From contig MFDF01000008.1 of NCBI GenBank assembly GCA_001776785.1, positions 103,097 through 167,096 on the forward strand: a stretch of 64,000 nt of DNA. The letters run 5' to 3'. The position numbers and the translations under genes are program-made. The DNA is from Candidatus Daviesbacteria bacterium RIFCSPHIGHO2_12_FULL_37_16 (GTDB lineage: Bacteria > Patescibacteriota > Microgenomatia > Daviesbacterales > UBA10151). Shown here piece after piece: positions 38,558-47,539 of the stretch. Position 1 is the first letter of the stretch, and every line of letters begins with the position of its first letter. The notes under the pieces are model-generated. The model saw only the letters and a list, made by a program, of their open reading frames with translations. It did no database searches and was not told where the DNA came from.

Positions 38558-38908
38558 CTACTTCTTAGCTACATCTTTAGCTAGCATAGAAAGTACTGTT
38601 GAAACAACAGATAAAACAATAGCTGCAAGAATTGCTGGTAATACCCCCTCAATTGTTAACCCTGGTACTATTGCTGCTGCTAACCATAAAATTACTGCAT
38701 TTATAACAAAGGTAAAAAGTCCCAAAGTTAAAATATTTAAAGGCAGGGTTAAAAGTAAAAGTATAGGTTTGATAAAAGTATTTATTACTCCTAAAATAAT
38801 TGCTGCTAAAATAGCTGTTGCAAAACTATCTACTCTAAATCCTGGTACAATATAGGCTGTGATAATTAGCGCTGCTGCATTAAGTAAAAGTGCTATTAAT
38901 AAATTCAT
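38558..38908 (-). CDS. YvlD-like 4-TM membrane protein (phage holin family 4)
   Basis: LG.INTFIKPIL..LTLP.NILTLGLF.FVINA; strong SD upstream. Confidence 0.85.
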   Translation of the reverse strand: MNLLIALLLNAAALIITAYIVPGFRVDSFATAILAAIILGVINTFIKPILLLLTLPLNILTLGLFTFVINAVILWLAAAIVPGLTIEGVLPAILAAIVLSVVSTVLSMLAKDVAKK

Positions 38909-38979
38909 ACTTCACCTCCCAATTTATTGTACTCACAACCACAGTTCTCGAGTCAAGGACTTTCTGGTAAGATGGTAGT

Positions 38980-39543
38980 ATGGATACAAAGGACAAAAAA
39001 CTTCTCCTTGATGCATTAATTTTGATACTATCTGTTACCTTTGCAGTCTGGACTATTAATTCAGGTTTTATAGATAAAGTATTTGAAACACTCCTACCAG
39101 TTCAGTTTTTAGCAGAATTCTTTGCAGGCATGCTCTTTACCTCTTTTTTGACCACTCCCCTTTCCCTGGCCTTTATTTATGTTTTATCAGAAAATACAAA
39201 CCCAATGGTTATTGCACTTGTTGGTGCTTTAGGGGCTGCAGCTGGGGATTTCTTCATAGTAAAACTTTTTAGGGATTCAATTTTTCAGGATTTCTCCACA
39301 CTCTCCAGAGACTTAAAGTTAAAAAGATTTCTGCATTTTTTCAGGCATTCCCATTTCAACCATTTAGCCCCCCTGATGGGGATGCTGGTTATTGCATCCC
39401 CATTCCCTGATGAAATAGGTTTGATGCTTTTAAGTGCCAGCAAACTCCAATACTCCCAACTTTTTCTGCTAACATATTTATTGAATGCATTGGGAATTTT
39501 TCTTTTTGCCAGTTCTTTTAACCTGCTCATATGGAAAATGTAG
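38980..39543 (+). CDS. Membrane protein (DedA/VTT-like)
   Basis: G.LGAA.GD, IASP.PDE.G; several TM helices. Confidence 0.5.
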   Translation: MDTKDKKLLLDALILILSVTFAVWTINSGFIDKVFETLLPVQFLAEFFAGMLFTSFLTTPLSLAFIYVLSENTNPMVIALVGALGAAAGDFFIVKLFRDSIFQDFSTLSRDLKLKRFLHFFRHSHFNHLAPLMGMLVIASPFPDEIGLMLLSASKLQYSQLFLLTYLLNALGIFLFASSFNLLIWKM

Positions 39544-41912
39544 GATTAACATCTGTTCAGGCAAGAGAAAGACTTGCCCAATACGGTCTAAACCAATTGC
39601 CCGGCAAATCCGGGTCTAACATCTTGTTCCTGCTGCTTTCCCAATTTAATAACTTCCTGGTCTGGCTTTTGCTTGCAGCAGCTGGGTTATCTTTTTTTGT
39701 AGGAGACTTTATAGACGGCTTTTTAATTCTGGTTATTCTTCTTTTAAATAGCGCATTAGGTTTTTGGCAGGAATTTAAAGCCTCTAAAGAACTTGAAGCT
39801 TTGCGGGCAATGGAAGTTTCAGTAAGCAGGGTTTTGAGGGATGGTACCCAAATTGAAATTTCCTCATATGAAATTGTCCCGGGTGATGTAGTTATTGTAG
39901 AAAGTGGTGACAAAATCCCTGCTGATGGCCATCTGATTGAATCCTTTGACCTTGCTGCCAATGAAGCGGCATTAACAGGAGAATCACTTCCTGTTGCCAA
40001 AACTGCCTCCAAAGATGATGGGGTTTTATATTTTGGATCAACAGTTTCTTCAGGAAGGGGGAAAATTCTAATTGAACAAACAGGTATAAATACCCGCTTT
40101 GGTAAAATTGCCCTGACACTTTCAAACATTTTAGAAGAACCCACTCCCCTTGAAAACTCCCTAAAAGACCTGGCTTTAAAAATTGGGATTCTGGCAGTAA
40201 TTATCTCCATATTTCTGGCAGCCCTAAGATATTTTCAGGGAGAGCAAATTCTGGAGGTAATATTTACCTCAATCGCCATGATGGTGGCAGCAGTTCCGGA
40301 AGGGCTCCCCGCAGTTATAACAGTCCTTTTAGCTTTAGGTGTCAGAAGAATGTATAAGAAAAAAACAATAGTTAGAAAACTATCCGCAATAGAATCTTTA
40401 GGTGCAACCTCTGTTGTCTTAACAGATAAAACAGGAACCTTAACTAAAAACCAGATGTCTGTTAGAAAAATTTTTACAGATAAGTCAAATCTTTCAGAGA
40501 TGTTAAGAGGCTCTGTTATCTGCAACAGTGCTTCCCTTGTAATGAAAGAGGACTTGCCTGGCCGGCAGGCAGGCCATGGAGGTTATGATATTTTAGGTGA
40601 CACCACAGAAGGTGCTCTATTAATTTATGCAAAAAATAAAGGTTTGGATATAGAAGAAGTCCGTTCTTCTGGAAAGATAGAAATGGAGCTGCCCTTTGAT
40701 TTAAAAAGAAGAAGGATGAGTGTACTTTGGGCTGAAGGAAATAAATTATCACTCTTTTGCAAAGGTGCTCCCGAAGTTATCTTATCTCTTTGTAAGCTTA
40801 CTCCTTCAAAACACAAAGAATTAACTACAATTTTTGAAACTTTTGCCAAAGAAGGATTAAGGGTAATTGCGGTTGCCAAGAGGGATAATTTAGTTAAAGG
40901 TGTAGAAAAAGATTTGGAAAAAAATCTTAAGTTTTTAGGTTTTATAGCTATTGCAGATGCTCCAAGGGAAGAAGCAAGTTTGCAAATTGAAAAATTAACA
41001 AAAGCCGGAATCGCAGTAGTTATGATTACGGGAGACAATGAGTTAACGGCTAAAGCCATAGCGGAAGAGGTTGGTCTTTTAAGGATGGGAGATGAAGTTA
41101 TGACTGGCGCACAGCTCGATGAACTCTCAGATGATAAGCTTCTGGAAAAACTTCCAACCATTAAAGTTTTTGCAAGAGTAGTCCCTGAACACAAACTAAG
41201 GGTTGTTACTGCTTACCAACAGTTAGGAAAAGTTGTGGCAGTCACAGGAGATGGGGTCAATGATGCACTTGCCCTAAAAGCAGCCCATGTTGGCATAGCC
41301 ATGGGAGATACAGGGACTGATGTGGCCAAGCAGGCAGCAGACATAGTTATCCTTGATGATAATCTAACTACTATTGTTGATGCTGTTGAGCAGGGAAGGT
41401 TAATATATTCAAACATTATAAAAACAGTCAAATTTTTAATGACAGGAAATCTTTCTGAAGTTCTGGTTATTGTAGGAGCAGCAGTAATAGGGTTCCCCAC
41501 TCCCCTCCTGCCTGCCCAAATATTGTGGATTAACTTTGTTACAGACGGCTTCCCTGCCCTGGCCTTATCTGCAGATGAAGCCTCAGATCACATTATGAGG
41601 GCAAGCCCAAGAGATCCAAATAAATCTATATTAGATCAAAGCAGTTTGAAATTTATTCTTGGTTTTGGAATTTCCATAGCTGTAATTAATTTAGCTGGTT
41701 TTACTTATCTGTATAACTTTTATAATTTAGATGCTGCCCGCTCATTTGTCTTTACAGGAATAGTTATTACTCAAATGATAATGATTTTTATAATGCGCCG
41801 CCACCACTCAATTTGGTCTAATAAATACTTACTAGCAGCAGTTGGATTTGTCCTTCTAATGCAGCTTGCTATCATAACTATTCCCCAGCTGAGAGTACTT
41901 TTTAGTCTTTGA
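39531..41912 (+). CDS. Cation-transporting P-type ATPase (type IIA, Ca2+-like)
   Basis: TGES, VPEGLP, DKTGTLT, KGAPE, MITGD, TGDGVND, ILWIN.VTD. Confidence 0.95.
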   Translation: MENVGLTSVQARERLAQYGLNQLPGKSGSNILFLLLSQFNNFLVWLLLAAAGLSFFVGDFIDGFLILVILLLNSALGFWQEFKASKELEALRAMEVSVSRVLRDGTQIEISSYEIVPGDVVIVESGDKIPADGHLIESFDLAANEAALTGESLPVAKTASKDDGVLYFGSTVSSGRGKILIEQTGINTRFGKIALTLSNILEEPTPLENSLKDLALKIGILAVIISIFLAALRYFQGEQILEVIFTSIAMMVAAVPEGLPAVITVLLALGVRRMYKKKTIVRKLSAIESLGATSVVLTDKTGTLTKNQMSVRKIFTDKSNLSEMLRGSVICNSASLVMKEDLPGRQAGHGGYDILGDTTEGALLIYAKNKGLDIEEVRSSGKIEMELPFDLKRRRMSVLWAEGNKLSLFCKGAPEVILSLCKLTPSKHKELTTIFETFAKEGLRVIAVAKRDNLVKGVEKDLEKNLKFLGFIAIADAPREEASLQIEKLTKAGIAVVMITGDNELTAKAIAEEVGLLRMGDEVMTGAQLDELSDDKLLEKLPTIKVFARVVPEHKLRVVTAYQQLGKVVAVTGDGVNDALALKAAHVGIAMGDTGTDVAKQAADIVILDDNLTTIVDAVEQGRLIYSNIIKTVKFLMTGNLSEVLVIVGAAVIGFPTPLLPAQILWINFVTDGFPALALSADEASDHIMRASPRDPNKSILDQSSLKFILGFGISIAVINLAGFTYLYNFYNLDAARSFVFTGIVITQMIMIFIMRRHHSIWSNKYLLAAVGFVLLMQLAIITIPQLRVLFSL

Positions 41913-42771
41913 GAGAATTAAGAATTTTAACATTCTCCTCATCTGGGCCATTTCCTGAAAATCCAGGTACTTCTAAAATAAAAGAAATATCTTTAAGTTT
42001 GGGGTGGTTTATTAAATTTTTAAAACCATCAATTCCAATAAAACCTTCACCAATATTTGCATGTCTGTCTATATGTGAATTAAGTTCTGTTTTAGAATCA
42101 TTAGCATGAATTGCAGCTAAATTGGAAAGTCCAATTTCTTTATCAAACTCCTCTAAAGTTTTATCTATTCCCTCAGCAGTTTTTAAATCATATCCTGCAG
42201 CAAAAGCATGCTGGGTATCCATGCAAACTTTCAGTCTGTCATCCTGAACTTGTTTCAGGATCTCTCCCATTTCTGAAAATTTATCTCCAATTACATTTCC
42301 AGCCCCGGCTGTTGTTTCAAGTATAAGCAAAGGCCCGCCATCCACGTTCCCACTCGACATGTGGGAACTCGTTTCATTTAAAATCTTCTTTAATGCCTCA
42401 GTAACTTGGGGTAAAATTTGATGGTAACCTACACCCTTATGAGAGCCTAAATGAAAAATAACTCCCTCGATCCCAAGCTTATCTGCATAGGACAGCGCAT
42501 ATTTAAGCCACTCAATGGATTTTTCTAAATGTTCAGGGTTTGGAGTTCCTAAATTTATTAAATATGTCCCATGGATAAAATTTGGCCTAATCCCTGTTTT
42601 ACTCTTAATATCCTTATATCTTAATATCTCTTCTTTCCCATGTTCAGTAAATCCCCACTTTCTTGGTGGGGAAATAAAAATTTGGGTACACTGCGCCCCA
42701 ATATTTTTTGCCTTTTCAAAACTAGTTTCTAAGGATACTGCTGCACTAACATGCGCTCCAACCTTTGGCAT
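41902..42771 (-). CDS. nfo: Endonuclease IV (AP endonuclease)
   Basis: GAHVS, QIF..PP, HGTYLINL, FHLGS, LE.TAG, C.DT.H.FAAGYD, HANDSK..DRH..IG.G. Confidence 0.95.
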   Translation of the reverse strand: MPKVGAHVSAAVSLETSFEKAKNIGAQCTQIFISPPRKWGFTEHGKEEILRYKDIKSKTGIRPNFIHGTYLINLGTPNPEHLEKSIEWLKYALSYADKLGIEGVIFHLGSHKGVGYHQILPQVTEALKKILNETSSHMSSGNVDGGPLLILETTAGAGNVIGDKFSEMGEILKQVQDDRLKVCMDTQHAFAAGYDLKTAEGIDKTLEEFDKEIGLSNLAAIHANDSKTELNSHIDRHANIGEGFIGIDGFKNLINHPKLKDISFILEVPGFSGNGPDEENVKILNSLKD

Positions 42772-43724
42772 TAATGTATTTCCCCTGATATTTCTGTCCC
42801 AATAAACTCTGGATTAAAGGTATTCTTTACTCTTAAAACTATTTTAGTATCCATCAAAGGCTCAACAGTTTTTTCGTATAAAACCCTAGCTCCATTTCTG
42901 GCCATTATATCAGCTTCTTCATACGTCAGGTGAGGTATTATTCGAGCATTAGGATCCTTAGCAGGATCAGTTGAATATACTCCATCAACATCTGTCCAAA
43001 TCCAAACTTCTTTTGCATCTAGAACTCTTCCCAATATTGAAGCTGTGTAATCCGATCCTCCCCTCCCCAAAGTTGTAGGCCTATAATCTTTGGTGGCCCC
43101 CACAAAGCCCGTTACAATCGGCACAACCCCTTTTGCCAGAAGTGAGAGAACCTTCCTCTTGCTATAAATTTCTGTTTTTTCAATATCAGGATTAGCATTC
43201 CCAAAATTATTATCTGTCTCAATAATTTCCGTTGCATCCACAGCTTCAGATTTAATTCCTTGGTAATTTAATGCACTAGCAACAATATGGCAATTAATCC
43301 TTTCCCCCAGCCCTGTAATTAAATCTTTTACTTCCGGAGTAAACCTTGTTGTTCTGCAGGTATTAGCCAGTGTATCAAAATAGAACTTTAAATGATCTTC
43401 TAGAGAATCTTTGTATGGTCGTGAGAGCTCAAGATCCCCAATCACTAAATTATGCTTTGAGGTAATATCTTCAAGCTCAAGTTCAACATCCTGTGGTTTG
43501 TCGCTCTCCAGATAGTTACATACTCTAACTAGAGAGTCTGTAACTCCTCTTATTGCAGAGACAACTACAACAATATCCCCAACCTCTGCTCTCTCATTTG
43601 CAATAATCCTTCCTGTTTTTTCAATCGCTTGAGCGTTTCCAACAGAAGTTCCGCCAAACTTCATAACATAAATTCCTTCATGTTTTAACTCTTCGTTTAG
43701 ACTATCAGACTTTATTTCAATCAT
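42771..43724 (-). CDS. lysC: Aspartate kinase, catalytic domain only (no ACT domains)
   Basis: KFGGTSV, VVVVSA, GER, TGF.G, TLGRGGSDYTA, IWTDVDG.Y..DP, GA.VL; ends right after GT.I. Confidence 0.85.
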   Translation of the reverse strand: MIEIKSDSLNEELKHEGIYVMKFGGTSVGNAQAIEKTGRIIANERAEVGDIVVVVSAIRGVTDSLVRVCNYLESDKPQDVELELEDITSKHNLVIGDLELSRPYKDSLEDHLKFYFDTLANTCRTTRFTPEVKDLITGLGERINCHIVASALNYQGIKSEAVDATEIIETDNNFGNANPDIEKTEIYSKRKVLSLLAKGVVPIVTGFVGATKDYRPTTLGRGGSDYTASILGRVLDAKEVWIWTDVDGVYSTDPAKDPNARIIPHLTYEEADIMARNGARVLYEKTVEPLMDTKIVLRVKNTFNPEFIGTEISGEIH

Positions 43725-43734
43725 AATTCCCAAT

Positions 43735-43758
43735 AAAAAACCCCTCTTAAAGAGGGGT
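43735..43758 (-). terminator. Intrinsic terminator of the lysC attenuator
   Basis: Minus strand ACCCCTCT-TTA-AGAGGGGT followed by a T run, about 10 nt before the lysC ATG. Confidence 0.85.
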
Positions 43759-43785
43759 AAGTTTTGCTAAAAAAACTACTGCCCC

Positions 43786-43836
43786 TCAGAAGAGAGTTTT
43801 TGCAGTTTTTTTAGTTGTTTTTCCAAAGTTATTCAT
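43786..43836 (-). CDS. Lys/Thr-rich attenuator leader peptide MNNFGKTTKKTAKTLF
   Basis: 16 codons, 8 of 9 consecutive codons are Lys or Thr; stop TGA lies within TGAGGGGC, complementary to the terminator 5' arm. Confidence 0.8.
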   Translation of the reverse strand: MNNFGKTTKKTAKTLF

Positions 43837-43850
43837 TTTAGAATATTCTG

Positions 43851-43879
43851 ATTCTAGTTCTTAAATCAATTATTGTCAA
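43851..43879 (-). promoter_or_regulatory. Sigma70-type promoter for leader peptide and lysC
   Basis: TTGACA-17 bp-TAGAAT on the minus strand, 14 nt before the leader ATG. Confidence 0.75.
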
Positions 43880-43883
43880 TTAT

Positions 43884-44987
43884 TTAAAGTTTAGTCAAAT
43901 TACTCAAAAACTCTTCCTGCATCTTATTTAATTGATCAAAACTTTTAATCTCTAAATATTCATTATTAGTGTGTTCATTCCCTCCTTTGGTCCCCCAAGT
44001 AATTACTGGTATTCCCAATGTTGCCAAAACATTTTCATCCCCGACAGAGCTTCTGTAAACATATTCAACTTTTTTACCAATTCTTTTTTCAATAATTTCT
44101 TCGATCATTTCTTTAAATGGATAATCTTTAAATAGATACGGATCTAAATAAGGAGTTTTTCTATCCTTAAGTCTAATCTGGACACTTTCGTCAATTTGAT
44201 TTAACTTTTCTAATACACTTTTTTCAGTATCTCCAAAACCTAACAAAACTTCAATCTCGCAAGTAGCCAATGCAGGAACACTCATACCCACTGACTCCCC
44301 GCTTATTTTTCTGATTTGTATCCTGGAGTATTTTGATTCAAATAAAGACTTTTCTAGATCGTAAACCTTGCTCATAAATCCGGTTAGCTTATTAATAGAA
44401 TCAATTCCCTCGCTTTGATTAAATAGATGGGCTGCCTTCCCTGCGACTGTTACTTCAAAAACTCTCCTTCCAACTCTCCCATTAGTTAAAGAATTCAACT
44501 GGGCATTCATTGTAGGTTCTGATGCGATTATTAAATTTACATCTTTAAAAAATTCAGGCTTTTTTTCTAAAACAGTCCAAGCGCCTTCAGATATATTTTC
44601 CTCGTCTACAGACAGCAATATTTTTATATATCCTGGAAAGTTTTTTAATGCAGTTAAAAATGAAGAAATTCCACTCTTCATATCAGATACGCCAAGTCCG
44701 TAATAATTATTTCCTTTTTGGGTTAGTTTGAATGGATCTGTATTCCATTCTTCTGAATTTACTACGCCGACAGTATCTAAATGACCATAAAATAAAATGG
44801 CAGTATCTCCCTTTCCCCTCTTTGCTAAAATATTTTTTCGACCATTTCCTATATCAACAACATCAATATCAAAATTTAAATCTTTTAATAAATCAATACA
44901 GAAATTAGAGATTTCTTCTTCGTTGGGATATACAGAATTAATCTCTACTAATTTTTTAAGAAGTTCGTGATGGGTTAGAGTTCTCAT
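43884..44987 (-). CDS. M20 family metallo-amidohydrolase (ArgE/DapE-like)
   Basis: GHLDTV, W.TDPF, GLG.SDMKSG, DEE, SEPT, G..AH, H..NEY. Confidence 0.88.
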   Translation of the reverse strand: MRTLTHHELLKKLVEINSVYPNEEEISNFCIDLLKDLNFDIDVVDIGNGRKNILAKRGKGDTAILFYGHLDTVGVVNSEEWNTDPFKLTQKGNNYYGLGVSDMKSGISSFLTALKNFPGYIKILLSVDEENISEGAWTVLEKKPEFFKDVNLIIASEPTMNAQLNSLTNGRVGRRVFEVTVAGKAAHLFNQSEGIDSINKLTGFMSKVYDLEKSLFESKYSRIQIRKISGESVGMSVPALATCEIEVLLGFGDTEKSVLEKLNQIDESVQIRLKDRKTPYLDPYLFKDYPFKEMIEEIIEKRIGKKVEYVYRSSVGDENVLATLGIPVITWGTKGGNEHTNNEYLEIKSFDQLNKMQEEFLSNLTKL

Positions 44988-44990
44988 ATG

Positions 44991-46025
44991 CTAACCTTTT
45001 GCAAATTCGTTAAGAGTTGCCCTACTTAAAAATGCAGGTAATAGATTATTATACTCAGATATTTTAGAAGATCCAAATATTGGAACATGCTGAAGCAATA
45101 ATCCGTTAAAAGGCAGCTTCATTTTTTGAGCAGCCTCTGCTGCAAAAGTTCTTCCCTGATATCTGGCAGCTTTCAAAACACCCTGGTTATGCCCGTTGCA
45201 TTCACCGTAAACTAGATCGACACCATCTTTTATAAATGGTACAGAGCCCTTTGCAAGTTCAACTAAACCTTTTGTAGCCACCGCTGAATATAAACCTTGG
45301 CCTTGATGTTCTGTAACAGTTGCTGCCTCTGTAAGTTCAATAATTTTTAAGGTTAAATCATCTTTTTCATCCCCAATAGTTATTTTATTAAACTCCCCTA
45401 AACCAGCTGAGACAACTCTTCCTTCAAAACTAGCATAAGTCAAAAAGTTATTTGGATTTGTCAGGATCTCCTCTACTTGCTCAAGAGTCCAGTCAAAACG
45501 AGAATATATTTCTGCGAGTTGGCTAACAAGTGAGGTATCACTAATCGGTGCAGAAATAGTATTTAGTTCGTAACCTGCCTCTATTACTCTTTCAATAATT
45601 TGTGATGCCGGTAAAGATTTTTTAATATGAGCAGCCTGATAATTTTCAATACAATCCTGAAGATCTTGTACATCGGACTGTCTAGAATCTGAATTATAAC
45701 CAAGATAAAGTATAGATGTGTCTTCAAAATGTGGTGATGAACCTTGAAGAGGAATAACTGCCTCTCCATATTTATGAAGCCTAGGATTTTCAGAAGTTAG
45801 AATATTATTTTGAGTAATAGCTCTGATACTTAATCGAGTTGCTGGAACTGTATCATTGCTCACACTTTGTGCGATATATTCAACTTCAGTGAGCAAATTG
45901 TTTAGTTTTGCCTCACTATCTATAATCGATAAATCATAAAAACCTTTTATTCTCTTAAAAGATGTTTCATCTGGTGGCCATTTTGGGCCTATTGAACTAG
46001 TTATGCTTGCAGTTTCCAGTGACAT
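44991..46025 (-). CDS. GNAT-fold protein resembling beta-lysine N-acetyltransferase (AblB/YodP-like)
   Basis: C-terminal VVSA..E...IELTEAAT..EHQGQGL (acetyl-CoA motif A), Y..C.....G, G.L.QH..I.G..YNNL. Confidence 0.55.
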   Translation of the reverse strand: MSLETASITSSIGPKWPPDETSFKRIKGFYDLSIIDSEAKLNNLLTEVEYIAQSVSNDTVPATRLSIRAITQNNILTSENPRLHKYGEAVIPLQGSSPHFEDTSILYLGYNSDSRQSDVQDLQDCIENYQAAHIKKSLPASQIIERVIEAGYELNTISAPISDTSLVSQLAEIYSRFDWTLEQVEEILTNPNNFLTYASFEGRVVSAGLGEFNKITIGDEKDDLTLKIIELTEAATVTEHQGQGLYSAVATKGLVELAKGSVPFIKDGVDLVYGECNGHNQGVLKAARYQGRTFAAEAAQKMKLPFNGLLLQHVPIFGSSKISEYNNLLPAFLSRATLNEFAKG

Positions 46026-47524
46026 TAACTTATTTGTTTTGGGCGGACAGGAGGAAAATATATCACATGTCTGATATGATTTGTATCAGTAAGTAACATT
46101 GTCCATCTATCTATTGAAATTCCAATCCCAGCCTGTTGTGGCATCCCATACTCCATTGCTAAGATAAAGTCTTCATCAAATGGCATAGCTTCTTTGTCTC
46201 CATGTTCTCTTTTTAGTTTTTCTGTTTCAAATCTGGTTCTTTGGTCTCTTGGATCATTTAGTTCTGAATATGAATTTCCAACTTCCATACCAGCCACAAA
46301 AATTTCAAATCTTTCAGTAAGATCAGGATTAGTCCTATGCCTCTTAGTTAATGCACTGGTATCAGCAGGATAATCCATAACAAAGGTTGGCTGGATTAAG
46401 TCTTTCTCCCAAACCTTTTCAAAAAGTTCTACCAGAACATCGCCTCTTGTATATGTGTCTATTTCATATTGGTGAGCAATTGTCCTAAGCCTTGAATCAG
46501 ATATATTAGATGGGTCTATCCCCAACATTTCTCTAATTCCTTCATAAATTGAAACTCTCCTCCATGGAGTTTTGTAATCAATCCCAACTTCTTTTTCTTT
46601 ACCATCACCCATGGGCATTCTGTAAGGGACTTCAGTTGTGCCATGAAGTTGTCTTGCAATTCCTGACATTAAATCCTCTGTCATATCCATCATGTTATTG
46701 TAATCCCAAAAAGGCATATATAGTTCCACCTGGGTAAACTCTGGATTGTGTGTTCTATCCATTCCCTCATTTCTGAAATCTCTGGAGAACTCAAATACAC
46801 CTTCAGAAAACCCTCCTACTGTCATTCTTTTTAAATATAGTTCATTGGAAATCCTTAAATACATTTCTGTATCCAAGGCATTATGATTTGTTATAAAAGG
46901 TTTTGCTAAAGCACCTCCATATGTAGTGTCCAGCACAGGAGTCTCAACCTCCAAGGCTCCCAAGCTGTCTATAAAGTAATCTCTCATGGACTGGACTATT
47001 TTTGACCTGATTCTAAACCTATCCCTGGCATCAGGATCAACTAGGGTATGCAAATATCTTTGTCTTTGCATTATTTCTGCATCAGCAATTTTCCTTGGAG
47101 CACCTCTCAAAGCTTTTGTTAGCATTGTCATCTCCTTTGCCCATATTGAGATTTCACCTCTGTTGGTAGCTTTTAATTCACCCTTTGCACCAACGAAATC
47201 ACCCGTATCATATAAATCTTTTATAATAGGAAATTGCCCATCTAAAATCCTCTGATTCATAACTATTTGAATTTGCCCAGCCCTATCTTCTACATGTCCA
47301 AAAATGATTTTGCCATGCTCTCTTTTGCTTTGTAGTCTACCTGCGATGCTCACCTGAGAACCCTCCAATAATGAATATTGAGAAATCAATTCCTGACTGG
47401 TATGAGTTGCCCTAAAAGGTTTTGCAGGAAAGGGATCAATGCCCAAAACCTCTAGTTTTCTTGCATGTTCAAGCCTTGATTCATAATCTCCCTGTATTGA
47501 TAATTCAGTATCTTTTATATTCAT
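46025..47524 (-). CDS. lysS: Class II lysyl-tRNA synthetase (possibly a pathway-dedicated paralog)
   Basis: OB-fold anticodon domain, RQRYL, EVETP, GGA.AKPF.T.HNAL, FRNEG.D.THNPEFT, ERFE, ELNDP, motif 3 G.G.SIDR. Confidence 0.93.
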   Translation of the reverse strand: MNIKDTELSIQGDYESRLEHARKLEVLGIDPFPAKPFRATHTSQELISQYSLLEGSQVSIAGRLQSKREHGKIIFGHVEDRAGQIQIVMNQRILDGQFPIIKDLYDTGDFVGAKGELKATNRGEISIWAKEMTMLTKALRGAPRKIADAEIMQRQRYLHTLVDPDARDRFRIRSKIVQSMRDYFIDSLGALEVETPVLDTTYGGALAKPFITNHNALDTEMYLRISNELYLKRMTVGGFSEGVFEFSRDFRNEGMDRTHNPEFTQVELYMPFWDYNNMMDMTEDLMSGIARQLHGTTEVPYRMPMGDGKEKEVGIDYKTPWRRVSIYEGIREMLGIDPSNISDSRLRTIAHQYEIDTYTRGDVLVELFEKVWEKDLIQPTFVMDYPADTSALTKRHRTNPDLTERFEIFVAGMEVGNSYSELNDPRDQRTRFETEKLKREHGDKEAMPFDEDFILAMEYGMPQQAGIGISIDRWTMLLTDTNHIRHVIYFPPVRPKQIS

Positions 47525-47539
47525 GTTATAGGTTATTTC

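Noticed and set aside
37573-38908. Prophage (integrase plus holin)
   Set aside because: The recombinase is Xer-like and YvlD-type 'holins' are common chromosomal genes; no phage structural or replication genes
39557-41500. Long antisense ORFs (also 30771-31403, 38517-38855, 63010-63909 and others)
   Set aside because: They mirror well-supported genes on the opposite strand and have no independent motifs
46025-47524. EpmA/PoxA EF-P lysylase
   Set aside because: Full-length with anticodon-binding domain, and the EF-P here has Arg rather than Lys
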